Part shown: in pieces, positions 26,226 to 34,785 of the stretch
How the letters are laid out: every line of letters starts with the position of its first letter
Numbering within the stretch: the first letter of the stretch is position 1
Source: an uncultured Bacteroides sp.
Lineage (GTDB): Bacteria; Bacteroidota; Bacteroidia; Bacteroidales; Bacteroidaceae
Direction of reading: 5' to 3'
DNA length: 64,000 bases
Assembly (NCBI RefSeq): GCF_905207245.1
Contig: NZ_CAJLKP010000027.1
Coordinates: 171 to 64,170 of the forward strand
Notes under the pieces: generated by a model
What the model saw: only the letters and a program-made list of their open reading frames with translations
What the model was told of the DNA's origin: nothing
The model's database searches: none
Program-made: the position numbers and the translations under genes

Positions 26226-27560
26226 ATGAAGAATCTAATAGATACATACAAAGGCCATTACAAAGCCCTGTTTTATTTAGGGCTCCCTATCGTCATCGGC
26301 CAGTTGGGTGTCATCATCCTCGGCTTTGCCGATACCCTAATGGTAGGACATCATAGCACAGCGGAGCTGGCTGCCGCTTCTTTCACCAACAATCTTTTCA
26401 CGCTTTGCATCATTTTCAGCACAGGTTTCTCTTACGGACTGACGCCTGTGGTGGGTGAGTTTTACGGGAACCGCCGCTTTATGGAAGCCGGACAGGCCTT
26501 GCGTTCCAGCCTGCTCGCCAATGTGCTGGTAGCCCTGCTGCTGACACTCGTCATGACCATCGTCTACTTCAATGTAGAGCGCATGGGACAACCGGAGGAA
26601 CTGATTCCCTTGATAAAACCTTACTTCCTTATACTGCTGGCATCGCTGGTATTCGTCATGCTCTTCAATGGTTTCAAGCAATTTACCGATGGTATCACCA
26701 ACACGCAAACCGCCATGTGGGTGCTGCTTGGCGGGAATGCATTGAATATTGTCGGCAACTACGTACTGATTTACGGGAAGTTCGGCTGTCCGGAATTGGG
26801 ATTGCTGGGGGCGGGCATCAGCACCCTGTTCTCACGTATAGTGATGGTGATTGTATTTGCACTTATCATTTTCCGTACTCGCAGATTTCTGAGGTATAAG
26901 GCGGGTTTCCTTCGCCTGGGTTGGTCGAAACAGATGTTCAGGAGGCTCAATGCACTTGGATGGCCTGTTGGTTTGCAGATGGGGATGGAGACGGCTTCAT
27001 TTAGTCTCAGTACCATCATGGTGGGGTGGTTGGGCACCATTGCTTTGGCTTCCCACCAGATTATGCTTACCATTTCCCAGTTCACGTTTATGATGTTCTA
27101 TGGGATGGGGGCGGCAGTGGCGGTTCGTGTCAGCAATTTCAAGGGGCAGAGTGATATGGTGAATGTACGTCGTTCGGCATATGCCGGTTTCCATTTGATT
27201 ATGGCAATGGCGGTGGTGCTTCTGAGCATTGTGTTCCTGTTTCGTAATAGGGTGGGAGGTTGGTTCACAGATAGCATGGAGGTGTCGGCCATGGTGTCTT
27301 CCCTGTTCCTGCCGTTTCTGGTTTATCAGTTTGGCGACGGGCTGCAAATCAGTTTTGCCAATGCCTTGCGCGGCATTGCAGACGTAAAACCTATGATGTT
27401 CATTGCATTTATCTCCTATTTTATTATATCTTTGCCTGTGGGTTACCTATGCGGTTTTGTACTGGGCTGGGGCACGGTCGGTGTCTGGATGGCGTTTCCG
27501 TTTGGGTTGACGAGCGCAGGCATTATGCTTTGGCTACGGTTCCGCTATAAGACGAGATGA
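26226..27560 (+). CDS. MATE-family efflux transporter
   Basis: 444 aa with 12 predicted TM segments. N-terminus LGLPIVIGQLGVIILGFADTLMVGH is typical of the family. Confidence 0.9.
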   Translation: MKNLIDTYKGHYKALFYLGLPIVIGQLGVIILGFADTLMVGHHSTAELAAASFTNNLFTLCIIFSTGFSYGLTPVVGEFYGNRRFMEAGQALRSSLLANVLVALLLTLVMTIVYFNVERMGQPEELIPLIKPYFLILLASLVFVMLFNGFKQFTDGITNTQTAMWVLLGGNALNIVGNYVLIYGKFGCPELGLLGAGISTLFSRIVMVIVFALIIFRTRRFLRYKAGFLRLGWSKQMFRRLNALGWPVGLQMGMETASFSLSTIMVGWLGTIALASHQIMLTISQFTFMMFYGMGAAVAVRVSNFKGQSDMVNVRRSAYAGFHLIMAMAVVLLSIVFLFRNRVGGWFTDSMEVSAMVSSLFLPFLVYQFGDGLQISFANALRGIADVKPMMFIAFISYFIISLPVGYLCGFVLGWGTVGVWMAFPFGLTSAGIMLWLRFRYKTR

Positions 27561-27577
27561 AAGAAAAGTGATAGAAT

Positions 27578-29929
27578 ATGAACAATGTCTCCAAGAAGAA
27601 AATAGCTGCCGGTTATGCTGTCCTGCTGGCAGTTTTGCTTTACTCCCTGTTCTTTGTGCACAGGGAGATGGAGAACCTTATGAGTTCCGACACTAGCGAC
27701 ATCCTGCGTACCGACAGCTTGATAGGTCTTTTGCGGGAGAAAGATGCCAATACCGTCCGCCTACTGCGCACGCTGAGCGAAGCAAACGACAGCATGATTT
27801 CCGCCCGTGAGGTGGAGCAGATAATTGCCGAACAGGATACCATCATTACTCAACAACGTGTGCAGCGTCGTGTTACTGCCCGTCGTGATACAGTTGTGAC
27901 GCAACCCAAGAAGAAGGGCTTCTTCCGCCGTCTGGGCGAAGTCTTCGTGCCACCCAAGAAGGATACTGCCGTGCAGGTACAGACTACCCTTGAAGTGGCC
28001 ACCGATACCATTCTCGATGCCTACAACCCCGTCGATTCCCTGCATGCAAAACTGCGTACTGTTGCCCAACAGAAGAAGGCGACTAATAGCGTGGTGCAAC
28101 GTCGCAAGCGAACCCTGCAACGCCTAGACCATGCACTGACCGCCCGCATCGACAGCCTCTTGAAAGGATATGAACAGGAAACCCTGCTCCGCGCCCGCGA
28201 AGAAGCCGAGTATCAGAAGGCGGTGCGCCATCGTTCAGCAACCATCATTTCGGGTATTGCGGCGGGAGCCGTAGTGTTGTCCGTCATCTTCCTTGTCATG
28301 ATTTGGCGCGACATTACCCGTAGCAACCGCTACCGCCGCCAATTGGAAGAGGCCAACCGCTTCGCCGAGGAACTGCTCGCCTCCCGCGAAAAACTGATGC
28401 TTGCCATCACCCACGACTTCAAAGCCCCTTTAGGCTCCATCATGGGCTATGCCGACCTGCTTTCACGTCTCACTGTAGATGAGCGGCAACGCTTCTACCT
28501 CGATAATATGAAAACCTCCTCGGAACACCTTCTGAAACTGGTTACCGATCTGCTCGACTTCCATCGCCTCGACCTGAAAAAAGCTGAGATTAATCGTGTC
28601 ACTTTCCACCCTTCACGCTTGCTGGAAGAAATCTATGTCAGCTTCGAACCACTGACTTCCGCCAAGGGACTGTCTCTGAAATGCGATATAGCCCCTGAAC
28701 TGAAAGGAACCTTCATCAGTGACCCACTGCGCTTGCGCCAGATTGTCAACAATCTGCTTTCCAATGCTGTGAAGTTCACTTCGGAGGGCAGCATTACACT
28801 GACAGCCTGTTTTGTACCGAAGGATGACCCTGCTTTCTCCGGTAATCACCTGAAGCTCTCTGTCATCGATACAGGCAAGGGTATGGAGGCGGGCGACCGT
28901 GAACGTATCTTTCAGGAATTTACCCGCCTGCCGGGAGCACAGGGCGAAGAAGGGTTCGGACTGGGACTGTCCATCGTCCGCATGTTGGTGCAGTTACTCG
29001 AAGGGCGTATAGATGTGGACAGTGTGCCCGGAAAGGGGAGCACATTTACACTTCGCGTTCCGCTTTATCCGGTGAAGAGGGAGGGGAATGAAGAATTGGG
29101 AATGAAGAATGAAGAATTGGGCTGCGCACCCACGCCGTCAGGTAATTCTTCATTCTTCATTTCTAATTCTTCATCTTTCCATATCCTCATGATTGATGAC
29201 GACCGTATCCAACTCACCCTCACCTCCGCCATGTTGTCGCAAAGCGGCATAACCTCCGTCACTTGCCTGCAATTGGATGAATTGTTGGATGCCTTGCGTA
29301 CCGACACTTTCGATGTGCTGCTTACTGACGTGCAGATGCCTGCAATGAACGGTTTCGACCTGCTGAATCTGTTGCGTGCTTCGAATATTCCGCAGGCAAA
29401 GACCATACCTGTAATTGCCGTCACTGCACGCAGCGACATGCAACGGGATGAATTTCTAAAACACGGCTTCACCGGCTGCCTGCACAAACCGTTCATGGTG
29501 AATGAGTTGCTTGCCGAATTGAAACAGGAAGCCGGGGAACTGAAAGCAACACCTCCAGAAACTGAGTCAATCGCCGATACACCGACACCGGCCGGCACTT
29601 CGACTTTGAATTTTTCCGCCCTCACCGCCTTCTCCGGTGATGATGCCGACGCGGCAAAATCCATTCTGGAAAGTTTCGTCACCGAGACGCGCCTTAACAC
29701 TGACCACCTGCGGCATTCCCTTGAGGCGGAAGACACAGATGGCATCGCAGCTATGGGCCACAAGATGCTCCCCCTCTTTACGCTGTTGGGTGCTGATGAA
29801 CTCGTAATTCTGCTGAAAGCGCTCGAAGCATCGCACGGCGTGCCTTTTAACGAAGAGATAAAAGAAAAGTCACTTTTGGCACTGAGCATTATAGAAGAAG
29901 TGCTGACACAAGCTGTGAAACTCTATTAG
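27578..29929 (+). CDS. hybrid sensor histidine kinase/response regulator with C-terminal HPt domain
   Basis: Two TM segments and coiled-coil regions. HisKA H-box ITHDFKAPL, HATPase (NAVKFT...DTGKGM...GFGLGLSIV), REC (ILMIDDD...LLTDVQMP...HKP), HPt-like (AAMGHKMLPLFTLLGA). Confidence 0.9.
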   Translation: MNNVSKKKIAAGYAVLLAVLLYSLFFVHREMENLMSSDTSDILRTDSLIGLLREKDANTVRLLRTLSEANDSMISAREVEQIIAEQDTIITQQRVQRRVTARRDTVVTQPKKKGFFRRLGEVFVPPKKDTAVQVQTTLEVATDTILDAYNPVDSLHAKLRTVAQQKKATNSVVQRRKRTLQRLDHALTARIDSLLKGYEQETLLRAREEAEYQKAVRHRSATIISGIAAGAVVLSVIFLVMIWRDITRSNRYRRQLEEANRFAEELLASREKLMLAITHDFKAPLGSIMGYADLLSRLTVDERQRFYLDNMKTSSEHLLKLVTDLLDFHRLDLKKAEINRVTFHPSRLLEEIYVSFEPLTSAKGLSLKCDIAPELKGTFISDPLRLRQIVNNLLSNAVKFTSEGSITLTACFVPKDDPAFSGNHLKLSVIDTGKGMEAGDRERIFQEFTRLPGAQGEEGFGLGLSIVRMLVQLLEGRIDVDSVPGKGSTFTLRVPLYPVKREGNEELGMKNEELGCAPTPSGNSSFFISNSSSFHILMIDDDRIQLTLTSAMLSQSGITSVTCLQLDELLDALRTDTFDVLLTDVQMPAMNGFDLLNLLRASNIPQAKTIPVIAVTARSDMQRDEFLKHGFTGCLHKPFMVNELLAELKQEAGELKATPPETESIADTPTPAGTSTLNFSALTAFSGDDADAAKSILESFVTETRLNTDHLRHSLEAEDTDGIAAMGHKMLPLFTLLGADELVILLKALEASHGVPFNEEIKEKSLLALSIIEEVLTQAVKLY
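29085..29177 (+). repeat. palindromic element inside the hybrid kinase ORF
   Basis: 31-bp stem between 29088-29118 and 29144-29174 (29 Watson-Crick pairs plus 2 G:U). Heptad words GAATGAA/GAATTGG. 25-nt core GGGCTGCGCACCCACGCCGTCAGGT. The reading frame stays open across it. Confidence 0.85.
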
Positions 29930-30090
29930 AAAATCAAGATACGATATGTTCCCGGACAATTTACAAGTTAATTAAACCAACTATTCGAAACATCTGCTTT
30001 TTGGACTTTTTTTCTTTATGGGGAACTAAATGTCAGGAGAATTTGTTTACTTTGTAACGATTTAAACACTGACTATCGAATGATACTCTC

Positions 30091-33000
30091 ATGAGAAGAA
30101 AATGGATAAAATGGGTAGTATGGATACTGCTTACACCTGTTATACTGTTTGTAATACTGATGGTATTGCTCTACGTGCCTCCCGTACAAAACCTAATACG
30201 GAAACAGGCCACTGCAATAGCATCCGAAGCTACGGGTATGGATATATCCGTAGAGCGGATAGACCTCCGCTTTCCGTTGAACCTGCTGGTGCGCGGCGTG
30301 CAGGTGATACAGCCTGTGCAGGCTGACAAACAAATCGCTTCCGTCCCCGGTGACACCCTCGCCATGCGGCAAGTCTCTGACACCTTGCTGTTGCTCGAAA
30401 GCCTGAACGTGCGCGTGCAGGCATGGCCCTTGATACGGGGACAGGTGGAAGTGGATGAAGTAACTTTGAACGGTGTTTCCGTAAATTCCGCCAATCTGAT
30501 AGAAGGCATGCACCTGAAAGGTGTGCTGGGCCGCTTCTTCCTCGAAAGCCATGGCATCAATCTGAAGACGGAAGATGTCGTGCTCAATCGTATAGAACTG
30601 AGCGACACCCACATGTTGGTAGTGATGAACGACACCACCACTGCCGAACCGGACACTACTGCCACTACTCTCAATTGGAAAATAGCCCTGCACAAACTAG
30701 CGTTGAAAAACGTCTCCGTAGACCTGCAAATGCCTCTCGACTCCATGAGCCTCGACGCCCGTCTGGGCGAGGCGGAAATAGACGATGCCACTGCTGACCT
30801 CGGACGCCAAGCCTATGGTTTCAGGCAATTCCTGCTTAGCGGCACCTCTGTGAATTATGATACGGGCAGCCACCTTGCCAGTGCACTGAACAGCCTTATC
30901 GACACCGGCAGCCTTGCCAATGCCGACAGCACCTCCGTGAAGCCCCTTCCCGGTTTCGATGCTTCGCACATTGCCTTGCGGGATATACGCATCGGCATAG
31001 ACTCCGTGCTTTACGCCGGGCACAATATCAACGCCGTCATTCGCGAATTCTCCATGAACGAACGTTCCGGTCTGAGCGTTACCTCACTGACGGGACGGGT
31101 GTTTGCTGATTCCACTGTGATACAGGTACCGTTTTTAAAGCTCCTCACCCCGCATAGCGAGATGGACTTCACCGCGCAGACTTACTGGGAGTTAGTGGAT
31201 ATTCCTACCACCGGGCGATTGACCGCCCGCTTCAACGCCCGCATCGGTAAGCAGGATGTAATGCTCTTTGCTGGCGAACTTCCTGAAACTTTTAAGGAAG
31301 CCTATCCCTTCCGCCCCCTCACCATTCGTGCCGGAACGGAAGGTAACTTCAGGCAGATGCAGATTTCACGTTTCAACGTGGATTTGCCGGGCGCTTTCAC
31401 CCTTGACGGCGGCGGCGAAATATGGAACCTCACCGACAGTCTGACCCGCAACGGGAGCATCGACCTCGACATCCGCACTCAGAATCTGAACTTCCTTACC
31501 GGCCTGACAGGTGTCACTCCGGATGGCTCCATCGTGGTGCCGGACAGTATGCATCTGACGGCGCGTCTCACCATGGATGGCCCCAAGTACGATGCCACCC
31601 TGAAGCTGAAAGAGCGCGAAGGCGTGCTGAACCTGCTGGCACACTACAACACCGCAACTGAAGCCTATCAGGCGGACCTCAACGTGGATGCCCTGCAACT
31701 GCACCATTTCCTGCCCAAAGACTCTATTTATACCCTTTCGGCTAAAGTTGCTGCCAAAGGCCAGGGCTTCGACCCTGCCAACCACCGCACGGTGGCCACC
31801 CTGAAAGCCTCCCTCGGCGAATTGCAATACGGCCACTGGCACATCTCCGGTATAGACCTGACGGCGGGATTGAAATCCGCTCTTGCCACCGTGCACCTGG
31901 CGAGTGACAACCCACTCTTGAAGATGCAGGCCGAAGCCGATATGCGTCTGGACCGCAAGTATCTGGACGGTAAACTCGATATGAATGTGACGGAGGTGGG
32001 CTTGCATGAGTTGGGTATTTCGCCCAAACCCTTGAAGCATCCTTTCGCCTTCAATCTCGGTGCGGAAGCACGCCACGACTCCATCAAAATGAAGATGGAT
32101 GCAGGCGACCTTGACTTCCAGTTCCGTGCCCGCAGCACTCTGAAGAAACTGATAGACCAAGGCAGTGCTTTCGCCACACTTCTCACCAGACAGATAGAAC
32201 AGAAGCAGCTTGACCATGCCGAACTGCGGCGGGCGCTCCCCTCGGCCGGTATGCAACTGAAAGCGGGCAAGCAGAATCCCGTCAGTTACTTTCTGGTAAC
32301 GAAGGATATTTCTTTTAATGATCTCATTCTGCGCTTCGGCACCACACCCCAGCGGGGTATCAATGGCCGGACCGCTATACACGGTCTGCGCATGGATTCC
32401 TTGCAACTGGATACCATCTTCTTTGCCATCAGTCAGGATACTGCTCGCATGAAGTTGCAGGGCGGTGTTATCAACGGGCCGAAGAATCCTCAGGTTGTAT
32501 TCCGCAGCACATTGACGGGCGAAGTCCGCAACGATGATGCCGAACTGACTCTGAACTACGTGGATGCCAAGGGAGACACCGGTCTCGATCTCGGGGTCAA
32601 TGCCCGCCCACTCATTGAAGGCAGGGGGAGGGGCAATGGTATCGCTTTCCGCCTGACGCCCGCCGAGCCCATCATTGCCTTCCAAAAGTTCCATTTTGTA
32701 GATGGCAACAACTGGATTTACTTGCACAAAAATATGCGAGTCTATGCCAATGTGGACATGGACAGCAATGACGGACTCTGTTTCCGTATGCAGTCCGATA
32801 GGTCGGACACCGTTTCTTTGCAGAACATTAATCTGGAATTAATCCGTTTCCGTCTGGACAAACTGAGTGGTATCTTGCCCTATATGCCACGGATAACAGG
32901 ACTATTCTCAGCAGAAGCAAATTATATACAGACGGCAACTTCACTGCAAGTGTCGGCGGAAGCCGGTGTGGAAAACCTGACCTACGAACGCCAGCCGGTA

Positions 33001-34728
33001 GGTAACATCGGACTGGGTGCCACGTGGCTACCGGGTGATGCAGGTACTCACTACCTGAACGCTTATTTCCGTTCGGGAGATCAGGAAGTATTGACTGCCG
33101 ATGCTGTGCTGAAGCAGAAGAACGGACGCGATTCCATCGATGTCAATACCACCTTTGAACATTTCCCGCTTTCGCTTGCCAATGCTTTCGTTCCCGACCG
33201 TATGGTTGCCCTCACAGGTGATATTGATGGCGGGCTCTACATCAACGGCTCCCTGGAAAAGCCGAAGTTGAGTGGAGACCTTTCGTTGGACAGTGTATCG
33301 GTTTATGCCCGCCAGGCAGGCGCACGCTATTGGTTCGACAACCGTCCGTTGAAGATAGAAAACAATCAGCTTATCTTTAATAAGTTTGCCATATACACCA
33401 CCAGCCGGAATCCCTTTACGATAGACGGTAATGTGGACTTCCGTAATATGGAGAAGCCTACTGCGAAACTGAATCTGCGTGCCCAGAATTATACTTTACT
33501 CGATGCGCCCCGTACCAAGGAAAGCATGCTCTACGGTAAAATCTTCGTAGACCTGAATGCCACCGTACGCGGTCCGCTGGATGCGTTGACCATGCGCGGG
33601 AATATGAATCTGCTGGGTAATACGGATGTGACCTATGTGTTGACTGATTCTCCCCTGACGGTGGAGGACCGCTTGGGTGAGCTTGTGAAGTTCACTTCCT
33701 TTACGGATACCACTTCTGTACAGGCCACGGAAACACCGACCATGTCGCTTGGCGGTATGGATATGCTGATGTCTGTGCATATTGACGATGCCGTGCGCCT
33801 GCGTGCCGACCTCAGTCCCGACCGTAGTAGTCGCGTGGAACTTGAAGGGGGAGGAGACCTGAATCTGCAATATACTCCACAGGGCGATCTTACGTTGTCC
33901 GGTCGTTATACTTTGATTGGCGGTATGATGAAGTATGCCTTGCCTGTGATTCCTTTGAAAGAATTTCAGTTCACCAATGGCAGTTATGTCGACTGGACGG
34001 GGAATCCGATGAATCCCAAACTGAACCTGACTGCCACGGAGCGTGTCCGCGCTTCCGTCTCCGACGGCGATGACAATAGTGGCTCACGCATGGTAAACTT
34101 CGATGTGTCCATCAGCATTAAGAACAGTCTGGAAAACCCCGACCTGAGTTTCAACCTCAGCGCACCCGAGGATGCCAGCGTACAGAATGAATTGGCGGCA
34201 ATGAGTGCAGACGAGCGAAGCAAGCAGGCCATCACCATGCTTGCCACAGGCATGTATCTGTACAATGGGGGGAAAGGTGGTGGACTGACTATGGGATCCG
34301 CACTGAACAGTGTACTGCAAAGCCAGATTAATTCGTTAACCGGAAACCTTAAGAATGCATCTCTCAGTGTCGGTATTGAGGACCGCACTGCTGCCGAAAC
34401 CGGTGATAAACAAACGGATTATAGTTTCCGCTATTCGCAACGTTTCTTTAATGACCGTGTGCAGGTTATCATTGGTGGAAAAGTGTCCAGTGGTGCCAAT
34501 GCTACGAATGATGTAGAGTCGTTCATCGACAATATCTCACTGGAATATCGACTGGACAACAGTGGAACGCGCTATGTTCGCGTTTTCCATAACAAGAATT
34601 ATGAAAGTGTGCTTGATGGTGAAATCACTGAGACGGGTGTCGGTCTTGTACTCCGCCGCAAGATGGATAAGCTAAGCGAGTTGTTCATTTTCAAGAGAAA
34701 AAAGAAAATAGAGCCGGTAAGTGAATAA
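30091..34728 (+). CDS. tamB: translocation/assembly module TamB-like protein (AsmA/DUF490 family)
   Basis: 1545 aa. N-terminal TM anchor, very long beta-rich body, conserved C-terminal region (RYSQRFFNDRVQVIIGGKV...). Followed by a BamA/TamA-family gene. Confidence 0.82.
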   Translation: MRRKWIKWVVWILLTPVILFVILMVLLYVPPVQNLIRKQATAIASEATGMDISVERIDLRFPLNLLVRGVQVIQPVQADKQIASVPGDTLAMRQVSDTLLLLESLNVRVQAWPLIRGQVEVDEVTLNGVSVNSANLIEGMHLKGVLGRFFLESHGINLKTEDVVLNRIELSDTHMLVVMNDTTTAEPDTTATTLNWKIALHKLALKNVSVDLQMPLDSMSLDARLGEAEIDDATADLGRQAYGFRQFLLSGTSVNYDTGSHLASALNSLIDTGSLANADSTSVKPLPGFDASHIALRDIRIGIDSVLYAGHNINAVIREFSMNERSGLSVTSLTGRVFADSTVIQVPFLKLLTPHSEMDFTAQTYWELVDIPTTGRLTARFNARIGKQDVMLFAGELPETFKEAYPFRPLTIRAGTEGNFRQMQISRFNVDLPGAFTLDGGGEIWNLTDSLTRNGSIDLDIRTQNLNFLTGLTGVTPDGSIVVPDSMHLTARLTMDGPKYDATLKLKEREGVLNLLAHYNTATEAYQADLNVDALQLHHFLPKDSIYTLSAKVAAKGQGFDPANHRTVATLKASLGELQYGHWHISGIDLTAGLKSALATVHLASDNPLLKMQAEADMRLDRKYLDGKLDMNVTEVGLHELGISPKPLKHPFAFNLGAEARHDSIKMKMDAGDLDFQFRARSTLKKLIDQGSAFATLLTRQIEQKQLDHAELRRALPSAGMQLKAGKQNPVSYFLVTKDISFNDLILRFGTTPQRGINGRTAIHGLRMDSLQLDTIFFAISQDTARMKLQGGVINGPKNPQVVFRSTLTGEVRNDDAELTLNYVDAKGDTGLDLGVNARPLIEGRGRGNGIAFRLTPAEPIIAFQKFHFVDGNNWIYLHKNMRVYANVDMDSNDGLCFRMQSDRSDTVSLQNINLELIRFRLDKLSGILPYMPRITGLFSAEANYIQTATSLQVSAEAGVENLTYERQPVGNIGLGATWLPGDAGTHYLNAYFRSGDQEVLTADAVLKQKNGRDSIDVNTTFEHFPLSLANAFVPDRMVALTGDIDGGLYINGSLEKPKLSGDLSLDSVSVYARQAGARYWFDNRPLKIENNQLIFNKFAIYTTSRNPFTIDGNVDFRNMEKPTAKLNLRAQNYTLLDAPRTKESMLYGKIFVDLNATVRGPLDALTMRGNMNLLGNTDVTYVLTDSPLTVEDRLGELVKFTSFTDTTSVQATETPTMSLGGMDMLMSVHIDDAVRLRADLSPDRSSRVELEGGGDLNLQYTPQGDLTLSGRYTLIGGMMKYALPVIPLKEFQFTNGSYVDWTGNPMNPKLNLTATERVRASVSDGDDNSGSRMVNFDVSISIKNSLENPDLSFNLSAPEDASVQNELAAMSADERSKQAITMLATGMYLYNGGKGGGLTMGSALNSVLQSQINSLTGNLKNASLSVGIEDRTAAETGDKQTDYSFRYSQRFFNDRVQVIIGGKVSSGANATNDVESFIDNISLEYRLDNSGTRYVRVFHNKNYESVLDGEITETGVGLVLRRKMDKLSELFIFKRKKKIEPVSE

Positions 34729-34785
34729 TATGAATGATAATTTGTAGGGGTGAGTAGTTACACCCGCAAACATAAAGCAAAGAAG

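Noticed and set aside
31366-32727. 453-aa ORF antisense to tamB, plus other long antisense ORFs (11133..11864, 13856..14617, 29065..29889, 42080..42949, 54261..55172, 36163..36864)
   Set aside because: All lie fully inside well-supported genes on the opposite strand. Their products are low-complexity or have odd composition (rich in R, H, Q, G) with no recognisable motifs. This is typical shadow-ORF behaviour.
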